From: Acidimicrobiia bacterium
GTDB taxonomy: Bacteria; Actinomycetota; Acidimicrobiia; Spongiisociales; ZC4RG35
NCBI GenBank assembly: GCA_965203555.1
Contig: CBDBCY010000004.1
Coordinates: 1,792,001-1,856,000, forward strand
Length of the DNA: 64,000 nucleotides
Direction of reading: 5' to 3'
This document shows positions 47,921 through 57,649 of this stretch, one piece after another. How positions within the stretch are numbered: the stretch's first letter is position 1; every line of letters starts with the position of its first letter. A program made the translations under genes and the position numbers. The notes under the pieces were generated by a model. That model was given only the letters and a program-made list of their open reading frames with translations. It searched no databases and was not told the origin of the DNA.

Positions 47921-50428
47921 CTACTCGCCCACGGGAGACCATTCGAGGCCGAATTCGCTGACATCGTTGTCGGTGATCCGTCGAACGTTGTCCCCGTCCG
48001 CATCCATCACAAAGATCTCCCAGTTGCCGGAGCGGTAGCTTTCAAAGGCAATCCGGGCGCCGCTGGGCGACCACACCGGTGACTCGTCCTCAAAGTCGGT
48101 GGCGGTGAGTTGTTGAACGTTGGTTCCGTCCACATCCATCACAAAGATGTCCCTGCTCCCGTCGCGTTCGCTGTGGAAAGCGATGCGGGTTCCGTCAGGA
48201 GACCACGCCGGGCCTCCGTCAGTCACCTCATTGGCGGTGAGCTGTTGAACGTTGGTTCCGTCCACATCCATTACAAACAACTCCCAATCACCTTGGCGGA
48301 GACTTTCGAAGAGAATCCGCGAGCCGTCCGGCGACCATCGGGGATGCCCGTTGTGATACTCGTTGTCGGTAAGCAACCTCACGTCGGAACCGTCGGCATT
48401 CATCACAAAGATCTTCCAACCGGTCTCCTGCCGGCTTTCGAATGCGATGCGGGTCCCGTCCGGCGACCATCTCGGACCCCAATCGAAGGTGTCGAGATCG
48501 GTGAGTTGTCGCACATTGGAGCCATCGGCGTCCATCACATACACGTCGCTGTCCCCGTCGCGGTCGCTGGCGAAGACGATCCGGGTCCCGTCGGGCGACC
48601 ACCTGGGACGCCAGTCATGGGACTCGTTGTCGGTGAGTTTGCGGAGATTGCTTCCGTCGGCGTTCACCACAAACACCTCCACGTCCCCGTCGCGAAGGCT
48701 GCTGAAGAGAACTTGCGAGCCGTCCGGCGACCACATCGGAATGCCATCGGTAGAAGCCGTGTCGGTAAGTTCTCTCCGATTCGTTCCTTCGGCATTGATG
48801 GCCACCACGTCCCAGCGGGGGTTACGATTGCTGGTGTAGACGATCCGGGTCCCGTCGGGCGACCACCTGGGATACTCGTCGTGGTACCTGTCATCAGTGA
48901 GAGCCCGGCGGTTGGAACCGTCCGCCTCCACCACCACGATCTCCCCATATCCGTCCACATGGCTTTCCAAGACGAGGCGGGCACCGTCCGGCGACCACAC
49001 CGGATCCCCGTCCCAGGCCTCGTTGTCCGTCACCTGCAGGATCTGTCCACTGTCCGCATCCACCACAAATATCTCCCAGTCGCCGCCGACATGGCTTTCA
49101 ATAGCGATTCTGGCGTCCACCGGAGACCATTTGGGATCCCGGTCCTCGTGGTCGTTTCGCGTAAGTTGCTCCTGGTTGCCGCCGTCGGCGTCCATCACGA
49201 ACAATTCCCCGTCCCCGTCGCGTTCGCTTACGAAGGCGATCCGGGTCCCGTCCGGCGACCACACCGGATCCCCATCCCAGGTCTCGTTGTGGGTCAGCAA
49301 TACCGCCCCTGTTCCGTCGGCGTCCATCACGAACACATCACTGTCCCCGTCGCGTTCGCTTACGAAGGCGATCCGGGTCCCGTCCGGCGACCACACCGGA
49401 TCGGAATCCCGGAAGGGGTTATGGGTCAGTTGCCGTTGGTCGGCGCCGTCGGCGTCCATCACGAACACATCGTGACCGCTTACGAAGACGATCCGGGTCC
49501 CGTCCGGCGACCACACCGGATCCCCATCCGATGGGACACTGTAAGTGAGCCGCCTCACGTTGGCGCCGTCCTCGTCCATCACATACAACTCGGAAGAAAA
49601 GTCCCGATGGCTGTGAAAAGCGATGCGGGTTCCGTCCGGCGACCACGCCGGATCGGAATCCCTGGTGTCGTTCTCGGTCAGGCGCCGCACGTTGGAACCG
49701 TCCGCATCCATCACAAAGAGTTCATCGTTGCCCTCCCATCTGGTGAATGCCAGGCGTCCGGTGGGACCTTCCGGCAGCGGAGGAATGTAGTGGAGGGCAC
49801 GAGCCAGGGCGACCGCCATGTCCCCCCTGGTGATCGGAGCGTCAGGACAATACCTGAACAGTCCACCGGGACAGCCTTCCGCGATACCGGCGCCGGCCGC
49901 GGCGCCGATGTCCCCGGCATGGATGTTCCCTGCGACGTCGATGAACCCGGCCACCGGATCAGGCCTCAGACCCAGAGCGCGAATCAGAAAGCTCGCCAAC
50001 TGCCCGCGTGTCGCCGGAGCGTCCGGACAGTAGAGATCACGATCCTTGGAACATCCAATCGTCACTCCCTTTTCCGCCAGCAACTCCACATAGGGCGCCC
50101 ACCATCGGGCGGGGTCCACGTCCTTGAACCGCGACGTCTCCACCGGAGCGGGTTCCTCGTCCTCCAAGATCCGGCCCATCCACACCGCAGCCGCCCACCG
50201 CTCGAGCACCTCGTCCGGACAGACCGAGCCGTCCTCGCATTCCGTGCCGTCCAAGATCCCCCTCTTTGCCAAGGCATCCATTGCCGTTTGCACAGTCGCC
50301 TGGTCAGCGGCGCTGTCGGCGCCCGCCGCCACCGGGCCGAACAGGGTCAGCACCATCCCGATCACTCCTGCCACCGCCAACGAGCGGCGCCGTGACAACC
50401 AACCCTGACCGCTACCCTGGATACCCAT
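47921..50428 (-). CDS. Secreted SLH-domain protein with 14 PD40/TolB-like beta-propeller repeats
   Basis: Signal peptide, SLH repeats (TRGQLASFL, ITRGDMA), 14 WSP-containing repeats. Confidence 0.9.
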   Translation of the reverse strand: MGIQGSGQGWLSRRRSLAVAGVIGMVLTLFGPVAAGADSAADQATVQTAMDALAKRGILDGTECEDGSVCPDEVLERWAAAVWMGRILEDEEPAPVETSRFKDVDPARWWAPYVELLAEKGVTIGCSKDRDLYCPDAPATRGQLASFLIRALGLRPDPVAGFIDVAGNIHAGDIGAAAGAGIAEGCPGGLFRYCPDAPITRGDMAVALARALHYIPPLPEGPTGRLAFTRWEGNDELFVMDADGSNVRRLTENDTRDSDPAWSPDGTRIAFHSHRDFSSELYVMDEDGANVRRLTYSVPSDGDPVWSPDGTRIVFVSGHDVFVMDADGADQRQLTHNPFRDSDPVWSPDGTRIAFVSERDGDSDVFVMDADGTGAVLLTHNETWDGDPVWSPDGTRIAFVSERDGDGELFVMDADGGNQEQLTRNDHEDRDPKWSPVDARIAIESHVGGDWEIFVVDADSGQILQVTDNEAWDGDPVWSPDGARLVLESHVDGYGEIVVVEADGSNRRALTDDRYHDEYPRWSPDGTRIVYTSNRNPRWDVVAINAEGTNRRELTDTASTDGIPMWSPDGSQVLFSSLRDGDVEVFVVNADGSNLRKLTDNESHDWRPRWSPDGTRIVFASDRDGDSDVYVMDADGSNVRQLTDLDTFDWGPRWSPDGTRIAFESRQETGWKIFVMNADGSDVRLLTDNEYHNGHPRWSPDGSRILFESLRQGDWELFVMDVDGTNVQQLTANEVTDGGPAWSPDGTRIAFHSERDGSRDIFVMDVDGTNVQQLTATDFEDESPVWSPSGARIAFESYRSGNWEIFVMDADGDNVRRITDNDVSEFGLEWSPVGE

Positions 50429-50640
50429 CACAAACTCCTCTTCAGGTAGACCAAGACACCCGCGGCTAACAATACTCCCTGACATCCTTTCTCGATGGGA
50501 ACTCGAATAGCCGCGCTTCGGTGGGGCAAGAGTCAGAGAGCACTGTTTGCATGGCAAGAGCCGCCTCCACGTAGCGCGGGATGTTGAATAAGCTGTAGCG
50601 AAAGAGTGACTCTCCCGTCCGATTCTGCAATATTCTCAAG

Positions 50641-51324
50641 GTGACAATGGCCGATCATGTGGTATGGGATTGGAACGGCACCCTTTGGGACGACCTTCCC
50701 CAGGTACATCAAGCCACCAACGCCGCCCTTCGGGAAGTGGGCGGCCCTTCTCTGACCCTCTCCGAATACGTCGGTTTGTTCACCCGCCCTCTACCGATGT
50801 TCTATCGGCGGGCGTTGGGGCGAGATCTCACGCCGCCGGAGTGGGAACGGGTCAACCGCCGGTTCATGGACTCATACACAAGCACCCTCCACCTCGCCCG
50901 GCTGGCTTCCGAAGCCCTACCGGCGCTGGAGATGGCATCCCGCAACGGCGCCACCCAGTCCATTCTTTCTCTTTATCCCCATGATTCCCTGACTTCACTG
51001 GTCGCAAAACTTGGTATTTCCCATTACTTCACTCGCGTCGACGGCCTGCGAGGCACCCCGGACAGCAGCAAGGTCGGCATGTTTGCGGAACATCTGCGAG
51101 AGGCCGCGGCAGACATTCCTCCCCACCGGGTGGTGATGATCGGGGACACCGATGACGACTTGGCGGCGGCCCAGGCGTCCGGAAGCGCCGGCATACTCAT
51201 CAATCATCACGGGTACCACCCGCTGGGGGACCCCACCCTCGACAGTTTCTTTGCAGAAGGACTCATACAAGCTCTCGGGCGAGCCGGTCTGAAGCATCCG
51301 GATGCGCAGGCTTCCTGCCGATAG
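50641..51324 (+). CDS. HAD family hydrolase
   Basis: WDWNGTL motif I and MIGDTDDD motif IV. Confidence 0.9.
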   Translation: MTMADHVVWDWNGTLWDDLPQVHQATNAALREVGGPSLTLSEYVGLFTRPLPMFYRRALGRDLTPPEWERVNRRFMDSYTSTLHLARLASEALPALEMASRNGATQSILSLYPHDSLTSLVAKLGISHYFTRVDGLRGTPDSSKVGMFAEHLREAAADIPPHRVVMIGDTDDDLAAAQASGSAGILINHHGYHPLGDPTLDSFFAEGLIQALGRAGLKHPDAQASCR

Positions 51325-51405
51325 GGTTGCATTCGCCTCGCCGGCTTGCCGGGGTGGGCATGTGGAGCATGGGGACGGGTCGCGAAAAGACGGGGCCGAT
51401 AAGGG

Positions 51406-51435
51406 TTGACTCTGTCACACCGGAGGTTGCATATT
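51406..51435 (+). promoter_or_regulatory. Putative sigma-70-type promoter
   Basis: TTGACT-N18-CATATT. Conserved with 37095-37124. Confidence 0.65.
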
Positions 51436-51441
51436 GGTGAG

Positions 51442-51620
51442 GTCGAAACACCTCCCGGTCCGTTCCGACGTCGCCCGGACCGCGCAGCCGCTCTGATGAG
51501 CGGAGAGGTCATACTCCTTTCGGGACACGGTCTCCGGCAAGACCAGCAGACCGCGTCCTGAGTTCTTGGCGGTGGCGGCGGGGGACGGGCCCAACGGGTC
51601 CGGTAGGCAGAGCAATTTTT
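51442..51620 (+). ncRNA. Candidate small RNA, copy A (about 180 nt), family unknown
   Basis: Homologous to 36940-37126, carries several hairpins, ends at a T-run. Confidence 0.6.
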
Positions 51621-51710
51621 CGCGGAATAAACACTGTTTTCGCGATTCCCGCCAATAGGACCCACCCGTTGATCTCTAATACAATCCTTGCAAGTGGAGC
51701 GTTATCTAAC

Positions 51711-51734
51711 ATGAATACTGCTACTGATATTCAT
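51711..51734. promoter_or_regulatory. Inverted repeat, probable antitoxin operator
   Basis: ATGAATA-N10-TATTCAT just upstream of the antitoxin start. Confidence 0.55.
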
Positions 51735-51749
51735 ACCAGGGGTTTACAA

Positions 51750-51965
51750 ATGCGGATTTCCGAACGCGGACAAATCACCATACCCAAACGGCTGAGGGAA
51801 CGATTTGGAATGCATCACAATGTCGAAGTCGAAATCATTCCCGTGGACAATGGCCTGCTTATCCAGAAAATGACAGCGGCGCCACACCCCGTGGATCGTG
51901 TGTACGGGATTCTGGGCGGGGATCGGAACACCGACGACTATATCGAGGAGATACGCGGCAGGTGA
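51750..51965 (+). CDS. AbrB/MazE/SpoVT family antitoxin (VapB-like)
   Basis: MRISERGQITIPKRLRERFG. Confidence 0.9.
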   Translation: MRISERGQITIPKRLRERFGMHHNVEVEIIPVDNGLLIQKMTAAPHPVDRVYGILGGDRNTDDYIEEIRGR

Positions 51966-52366
51966 TCACCGCGGTTGACACGAACGTCCTGCTGGATGTG
52001 TTCCTGCCCGACACACATCACGGCGCCCGGTCTCGGCAGTTGCTCAAGCATGCTTATAACCGAGGGGCGATCCTTGTCTGCGATGTCGTTTACGCAGAAC
52101 TGGTTCCATTGTTCGCAGCGCGCGCCGCCCTCGACAAGGCATTGCGGGAGATCAGTGCCACAACATCCCCGATTGACGTCGCCATCGCCTGTGAAGCCGG
52201 CTCTCGTTGGTCCCGATATCGAAAGGCCGGTGGGCCCAGGAGTAGGATAATCACCGACTTCCTGATCGGCGCCCATGCCGTTGCTCGGTCTGACTTCTTC
52301 CTGACCAGAGATCGTGGCTTTTTCGCTGCCTATTTTCCTGAACTGCAAAGGCCCGACATCGCTTAG
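51962..52366 (+). CDS. PIN-domain toxin (VapC family)
   Basis: AVDTNVLLD, VYAEL, DFLIGAHA, LTRD. GTGA overlap. Confidence 0.92.
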   Translation: MITAVDTNVLLDVFLPDTHHGARSRQLLKHAYNRGAILVCDVVYAELVPLFAARAALDKALREISATTSPIDVAIACEAGSRWSRYRKAGGPRSRIITDFLIGAHAVARSDFFLTRDRGFFAAYFPELQRPDIA

Positions 52367-52397
52367 AAGCCGGGACAAACATCCGGCTTCCTGTCCC

Positions 52398-53366
52398 TCA
52401 TCCCTCCAACCGGGCCAGATTGTGGTGGGTTTGCATGTAGCGGACAGTACCGGTGCCGGCCCGCATCGTGACGCTGTGGGTAATGGCTTGATCATGGCGG
52501 AATTCGACGCCTTTGAGGAACTCCCCGGTAGTCACCCCGGTGGCGGCCAGATACGCCTCGTCGCCCCCCACCAGATCCGAAGTGGTCATCACCCGATCAA
52601 GATCCATGTCGTGATCAGCCGCATATCGACGTTGCCGGTGGGTACCGGCCCAGAGGCGAGTCTGGATCTCTCCCCCCATACACCGCATCGCGGCAGCCGC
52701 AATCACCGCTTCCGGCGATCCACCGATGCCCACCAGCAAATCGATGCCCGTCTCCGGTCGTGCGGTGGCGATGGCGGCGGAGACATCGCCATCACCGATC
52801 AACCTGATGCGCGCTCCGGCCTGACGTATCTTTCCTATGTAGTCCTGGTTTCGAGGTCGATCCAACACAATCACTGTCAGCTGGTCGAGATCCAGCCCTT
52901 TGGCCTTGGCGACCTGCTCCAAGTTGTGGCGGACCGGCGCCTCCAGATCAATCACACCGGCCGCCTCCGGACCCACCGCCAGCTTGTCCATGTATACCAG
53001 GCTGCCCGGAGGGAACATGGTGCCCCTCTCTGCCACCGCTATCACCGACAGAGCGCCCGGCCCTCCCCGTGCAGTCAAAGAGGTGCCGTCCACCGGGTCG
53101 ACGGCTATGTCAACCCGACTCCCGCTGCCGCTTCCCACCCGTTCGCCGTTGTGCAGCATCGGGGCATGGTCTTTTTCCCCCTCCCCGATCACCACCACGC
53201 CGTCCAAGTCGATGGTGCTCAGGCGCTCTCGCATCCCGTCCACCGCTGCCTGGTCAACCGCTTCCTTGTCGGCCCTGCCCTGCCAGTGAGCGGCCGCTAT
53301 CGCCGCCTGCTCGGTTACCTTGGCCAGATCCAGGGCATAGCTGGGACCCATGTCCGGGTTCATCAC
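52398..53366 (-). CDS. glpX: Fructose-1,6-bisphosphatase class II
   Basis: VIGEGEKDHAPML, DIAVDPVDGT, YMDKL, DGDV, GIGGSPE. Confidence 0.96.
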   Translation of the reverse strand: MMNPDMGPSYALDLAKVTEQAAIAAAHWQGRADKEAVDQAAVDGMRERLSTIDLDGVVVIGEGEKDHAPMLHNGERVGSGSGSRVDIAVDPVDGTSLTARGGPGALSVIAVAERGTMFPPGSLVYMDKLAVGPEAAGVIDLEAPVRHNLEQVAKAKGLDLDQLTVIVLDRPRNQDYIGKIRQAGARIRLIGDGDVSAAIATARPETGIDLLVGIGGSPEAVIAAAAMRCMGGEIQTRLWAGTHRQRRYAADHDMDLDRVMTTSDLVGGDEAYLAATGVTTGEFLKGVEFRHDQAITHSVTMRAGTGTVRYMQTHHNLARLEG

Positions 53367-54553
53367 GACACCCTGATCACCAAGGCGTCCCCCTGACCCC
53401 CGCCACCGCAGAGGGCCGCCGCGCCCAAACCGCCTCCGGCTTCCCGCAGCGCGTTGACCAGGGTTACCACCAGCCGCGCCCCCGTGGCGCCGATGGGATG
53501 ACCGATCGCCACGGCCCCACCGTACACGTTGACTCTGTCGAACGGGATCCCCAGCATCTGGGCAGACCACAGAGCCACTGCCGCGAAGGCCTCGTTGATC
53601 TCAACCATGTCCAAGTCCGAAACAGCCAGATCAGCCCGTTTCAGAGCCACTCTGATGGCGTCGGCCGGACGCTCGTGGAGCGTGGCATCCGGTCCCGAGG
53701 ATTGACCGTAGGCTACGATCTCCGCCAGGATCGGCGCCCCGATCGCCTCGGCGGCGGAGCGACTTGCCACCACCAGGGCCGCCGCACCGTCAGAGATCTG
53801 GGAGGAGTTGCCGGCGGTGAGAGTTCCGTCCTCGGTGAAGGCCCGCCGCAGCCCACCCAGTTTCTCGACACTGATCCCCGATCTGATTCCCTCATCGGCC
53901 GCAACCTTCACCGGGCCGCCGCGGCGTTGCGGGACCTCCACTGCAACGATCTCACGGGCGAAGTGGCCCTCCTCGGTTGCCCGGGCGGCGCGCCGATGGC
54001 TTTCCGCCGACCATTCGTCCTGCTGAGTGCGGGTCACGCCCAACCGAGTGTTCACTCCATCCGACATCTCCCCCATTGTGGATTGATTGAAGGCGCAGAA
54101 CAGGCCGTCATGCAACATCACGTCCACCAATTGGCCGTCGCCCATCCGACGACCGGACCGGAAACCATGGAGCACATGCGGAGCGTTGCTCATCGATTCC
54201 ATCCCTCCCGCCACAATGAAATTGGCGTCGCCCAAACGAATCCCGTTGGACGCCAAACCCACCGCCGTCAATCCCGAGATACACACCTTGTTGACATTGA
54301 GGGCAGGGATAGTCATGGGCAGACCGGCTTTGACCGCTGCCTGGCGAGCAGTTATCTGGCCCTCGCCACCCACCAAGACATGGCCGAAAATGACTTCATC
54401 CACGTCACTTGAGGAAATGCCGGATCGGGCGACTGCCGCAGCAATAGCCCGGGCGCCCAGATCGACTGCCCTCAGCGGTGACAGTCCCCCCAGATAGCGC
54501 CCAACAGGGGTACGGGCGACGGAGCAAATGACTGGATTGTTGGAATTCATCAT
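53363..54553 (-). CDS. Acetyl-CoA C-acyltransferase (thiolase)
   Basis: NKVCISG, EINEAFA, GHPIGATG, LCGGGGQG. Confidence 0.95.
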   Translation of the reverse strand: MMNSNNPVICSVARTPVGRYLGGLSPLRAVDLGARAIAAAVARSGISSSDVDEVIFGHVLVGGEGQITARQAAVKAGLPMTIPALNVNKVCISGLTAVGLASNGIRLGDANFIVAGGMESMSNAPHVLHGFRSGRRMGDGQLVDVMLHDGLFCAFNQSTMGEMSDGVNTRLGVTRTQQDEWSAESHRRAARATEEGHFAREIVAVEVPQRRGGPVKVAADEGIRSGISVEKLGGLRRAFTEDGTLTAGNSSQISDGAAALVVASRSAAEAIGAPILAEIVAYGQSSGPDATLHERPADAIRVALKRADLAVSDLDMVEINEAFAAVALWSAQMLGIPFDRVNVYGGAVAIGHPIGATGARLVVTLVNALREAGGGLGAAALCGGGGQGDALVIRVS

Positions 54554-54671
54554 CACCCGGAGGGTACCGGACGGCGGGTCGCTTTCTATCCGGGTAACCC
54601 GGATTGACCCGTAACCCCCATGCCCTGCATTTTGTCTAAAGGTTCGGACAGCGGGAAGCCTTCTTATCAAA

Positions 54672-55076
54672 TTGCTCAACTTGGACCATGTCGGAATAGC
54701 GGTGCACGATCTCGACCACACCCTGGACGAGTATCGGACCAAGTACGGCGTAACGCCCCTTTACCGGGAAACCGTCTCCTCCCAGGGCGTGGAGGAGGCG
54801 ATGATCCCATTGGGAGGGTCGTTCATCCAGTTGCTCCAACCACTGGGCGCCGACACTCCGGTGGGTCGCTTCCTGTACGCCAAGGGCGAGGGAGTCCATC
54901 ACCTGGCCTACGCGGTGGCCGATATCGAGGCCGCCCTGCATCACCTCAAAGGGCAGGGAGCGCAGCTGGTGGACACCGAGGCCCGCCCAGGCGGCGGCGG
55001 TACCCGCATAGCCTTCGTCCACCCCCGTGATCTGGCAGGAACCCTCATCGAGTTGGTGGAGCCGTCCGATGATTGA
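54672..55076 (+). CDS. mce: Methylmalonyl-CoA epimerase
   Basis: DHVGIAV, QGVEEAM, GEGVHHLAY, IAFVHP, GTLIELVE. Confidence 0.88.
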   Translation: MLNLDHVGIAVHDLDHTLDEYRTKYGVTPLYRETVSSQGVEEAMIPLGGSFIQLLQPLGADTPVGRFLYAKGEGVHHLAYAVADIEAALHHLKGQGAQLVDTEARPGGGGTRIAFVHPRDLAGTLIELVEPSDD

Positions 55077-55314
55077 TCTTATAGAAATCAAAGGCGGCGC
55101 CGGCGACTACGAGGCAGCCGTGCTGGCAGCGGTTTTGGACCAGATGAGGAGACGGAGGCAGACGCTTCGAGCGCGCCGTCCGCACATCTCCAAGCCTCTT
55201 TCCGCCTGGATGAGAGCGGGTTCCCTCACTTCGGCCGATCCCCTGCCCCGCCCCGATCCGGGTGCCAACGGTGACACCGCCCCCACCAAACCGCCGGAGA
55301 CATCCTGGCTGTGA
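55069..55314 (+). CDS. Acyl-CoA carboxylase epsilon subunit-like protein
   Basis: IKGG...EAAVLAAV...SAW pattern, overlapping the mce stop. Confidence 0.55.
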   Translation: MIDLIEIKGGAGDYEAAVLAAVLDQMRRRRQTLRARRPHISKPLSAWMRAGSLTSADPLPRPDPGANGDTAPTKPPETSWL

Positions 55315-55362
55315 ACCCTGCCGGTGGCCGAGCGCACCAGTTGGCGTGACAGCTACCGAAAG

Positions 55363-55390
55363 GTGGTCTGGCCGGCCTCGGCCAGACCAC
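55363..55390. terminator. GC-rich hairpin, possible terminator
   Basis: 12-bp perfect stem GTGGTCTGGCCG / CGGCCAGACCAC; no U-tract. Confidence 0.5.
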
Positions 55391-55431
55391 TACGCTAGGG
55401 AGTACCAGTCCGTAAGCGAGGAAGTACCAGC

Positions 55432-56085
55432 GTGAAGTTGAGATTCGCAGAAGAAATCGTCCTGCTCCTGCTCCGAGACCACGACGGAAGATTCGTGCGG
55501 GTGCCGAACTGGTCGCTCGAATACGCCATGGCAGGCGGGGTATTGATGGACCTGGCCATGGAGAACCGAATCGACACCGACCTCGAGAACCTGATCCTGA
55601 TCGACTCCACGCCGGTGGGAGACAGCCTGCTCGACCCCACCTTGGCCGAGATAGCAGCCGACGGGGTGCACTCCACCCGGCACTGGATGGAACGAACGGT
55701 CGAACGCGCCGGCGATATCCACCAGGAGGCTCTTGCCAGACTGGTGGAACGCGGCATCTTGGAAAAGCAGGAAAAACGGTTTCTGTGGGCGTTCCGGGCC
55801 CGCCGCTATCCGCTGGTGGACGGCAGAGCCGAACGAGAAGTGAAATTACGCATCATGGAGGTCCTGTTCTCTGACGAGATCCCCGATCCCCGTGACATCA
55901 TGCTCATCTGCCTGGTCGATGCCTGCGGAATCTTCAATGAACTGCTGTCCAAGCACGAACTCGGCAATGCGGCCGATCGGATTGCCCAGGTGCGCCGGAT
56001 GGACCTGATCGGGCAGGCGACAACCCAGGCCATCCGTGACATCGAATTCTCGATCGCTGTGTCGGTACAACCGCACATGTATTGA
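55432..56085 (+). CDS. GPP34 (GOLPH3/Vps74) family protein
   Basis: FAEEIVLLLL, AGGVLMDLA, GDSLLD, RLVERGIL, RRYP. Confidence 0.85.
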   Translation: MKLRFAEEIVLLLLRDHDGRFVRVPNWSLEYAMAGGVLMDLAMENRIDTDLENLILIDSTPVGDSLLDPTLAEIAADGVHSTRHWMERTVERAGDIHQEALARLVERGILEKQEKRFLWAFRARRYPLVDGRAEREVKLRIMEVLFSDEIPDPRDIMLICLVDACGIFNELLSKHELGNAADRIAQVRRMDLIGQATTQAIRDIEFSIAVSVQPHMY

Positions 56086-56095
56086 GGTTCGGGCG

Positions 56096-57649
56096 CTACC
56101 TCCTTCCACCGGCCCACAGCGACCGCAACTCCCTGCTTCCCGACCACCAGGCCACTGTGGCGAACACCACTGCGACGGTCGCCCCTCCCGCCAGAAAGCC
56201 CCCCGCCGCTTCCGCCAACGACCAGGCGCCATTGGCTGGGAACAACCGGGCAACCCACCAGCCCGCTGCCGCCGCTGCGGTCCCCGCCAGCATGCAGCGG
56301 CCCAGACCCGCCGCCAGACGCCTTCCCTCCGCCCCCCGGCCCCGCATCCAATAGACGGTCAATCCGACGGCGTACGCCGCCATGGACAGGACGCTGGCCC
56401 AGACCAACCCCTGGACGTCCCAGGCGGCCACCAGCAACACCGACAGCAGGACCGCCAACGCCGCGGCCAGGGTGCCGATCAACACCGGAGGCCACATCTG
56501 TCGCTCTGCGTAGAAGGACCGCGCGATCACCTGATGAATACCCCACGCCGGGATCGTCAGCGCATAAAAGGACAGCAACCGAGCAACCAGTTCCGAATCG
56601 TCGGCGCTGAAGGCTCCCCATTGCAGAATCAGCCGCACCCCCGGACCCCCCACCGCCAGCACCGCCGCGGCCGCTCCCGTTCCCAGGAACAAGGTCATCC
56701 TGGCGGTCCGCAGGGTTGTTTCGGTCAACTCGTCGCTCCGGCCGGCCGCCGCCAGGGACGCCAGGAAGGGAAAGGCCGCCACTCCGGCTGCCTGAGCCAC
56801 CATCCCCACCGGCACCATGTTCAGCACCCGGGCGAAGGAAAGAGCGGAAATCCCCCCCTCCCCGGTCAGTTGGCCGAAAAACCGGATGAATTGCTCATCG
56901 AGGACCGCCACCGACTGGCCCACCATCAAGGGCAGCGCCAGCGCCAGATAGGTACGCACCGCCGGATGCCTCCAGGCCACCCCTTTCACCAGCCTCAATC
57001 CCACCCGGCGCGCCCCCCACCACTGGATCGAAAAATTCCCGATCGCCGCGCCGGCCAGGGCGCCCCACACGAACCCGTCGGCGGGTGGCGGATCAGCCAG
57101 AACACTTCCCGCCAGCCCTCCCACGATTATCGCCAGGTTGTAGATAATGGGGGCCGCCACGGGCGTCAGGAACCTCCGATGGGCGTACTGGTAGGCCATG
57201 AGCAGCGACCCTCCGACAAAGAACACCTGCGCGGGAAGGGCGATCCTGGTGAGCCGGATCACTTCTGCGAGTTGGCTGGGTGACAACCGGGGATAGACCA
57301 GTTCCAGAAGAGGGGTCGTCCAGATCATCAGCACGGCCGTCAGGACGATGGTGAGACCGGTCACCACCCTGAAGACGGCCACAAAAGCCTGGTTGCCGCC
57401 CAGTGAATCGTCCGCCTGCAATCGAGCGGTGAGGATCGGAACGAAGGTGATGGTCAGGTAGCCGCCGGCCAGCAGGTAGTTGAGCAGGTCGGGGACCAGG
57501 AAGGCCGCCCGGTAGACGTCTCCCACAGCATTGACTCCGATCAGGGCGGCCAGCATCGTCTCTCGGGCCAGCCCCAGAATCCTCGATAGCAGCACCCCCG
57601 CCGAGACCACCACCGCCGCGGCGCCCATCCCCATCGCTCTTCCCCTCAT
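56096..57649 (-). CDS. murJ: Lipid II flippase MurJ
   Basis: SRILGLARE, AFLVPDLL, PIIYN, RSFYA; multiple TM segments. Confidence 0.92.
   Translation of the reverse strand: MRGRAMGMGAAAVVVSAGVLLSRILGLARETMLAALIGVNAVGDVYRAAFLVPDLLNYLLAGGYLTITFVPILTARLQADDSLGGNQAFVAVFRVVTGLTIVLTAVLMIWTTPLLELVYPRLSPSQLAEVIRLTRIALPAQVFFVGGSLLMAYQYAHRRFLTPVAAPIIYNLAIIVGGLAGSVLADPPPADGFVWGALAGAAIGNFSIQWWGARRVGLRLVKGVAWRHPAVRTYLALALPLMVGQSVAVLDEQFIRFFGQLTGEGGISALSFARVLNMVPVGMVAQAAGVAAFPFLASLAAAGRSDELTETTLRTARMTLFLGTGAAAAVLAVGGPGVRLILQWGAFSADDSELVARLLSFYALTIPAWGIHQVIARSFYAERQMWPPVLIGTLAAALAVLLSVLLVAAWDVQGLVWASVLSMAAYAVGLTVYWMRGRGAEGRRLAAGLGRCMLAGTAAAAAGWWVARLFPANGAWSLAEAAGGFLAGGATVAVVFATVAWWSGSRELRSLWAGGRR

Noticed and set aside
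51444-51503. Hammerhead ribozyme (GAAAC plus CTGATGAG)
   Set aside because: CTGATGAG sits inside its own hairpin (CCGCTC/GAGCGG), the three-stem junction cannot be built, and the motif is absent from copy B.
55432-56085. Eukaryote-like GOLPH3 homolog as a novelty
   Set aside because: GPP34-family genes are already known in actinobacteria.
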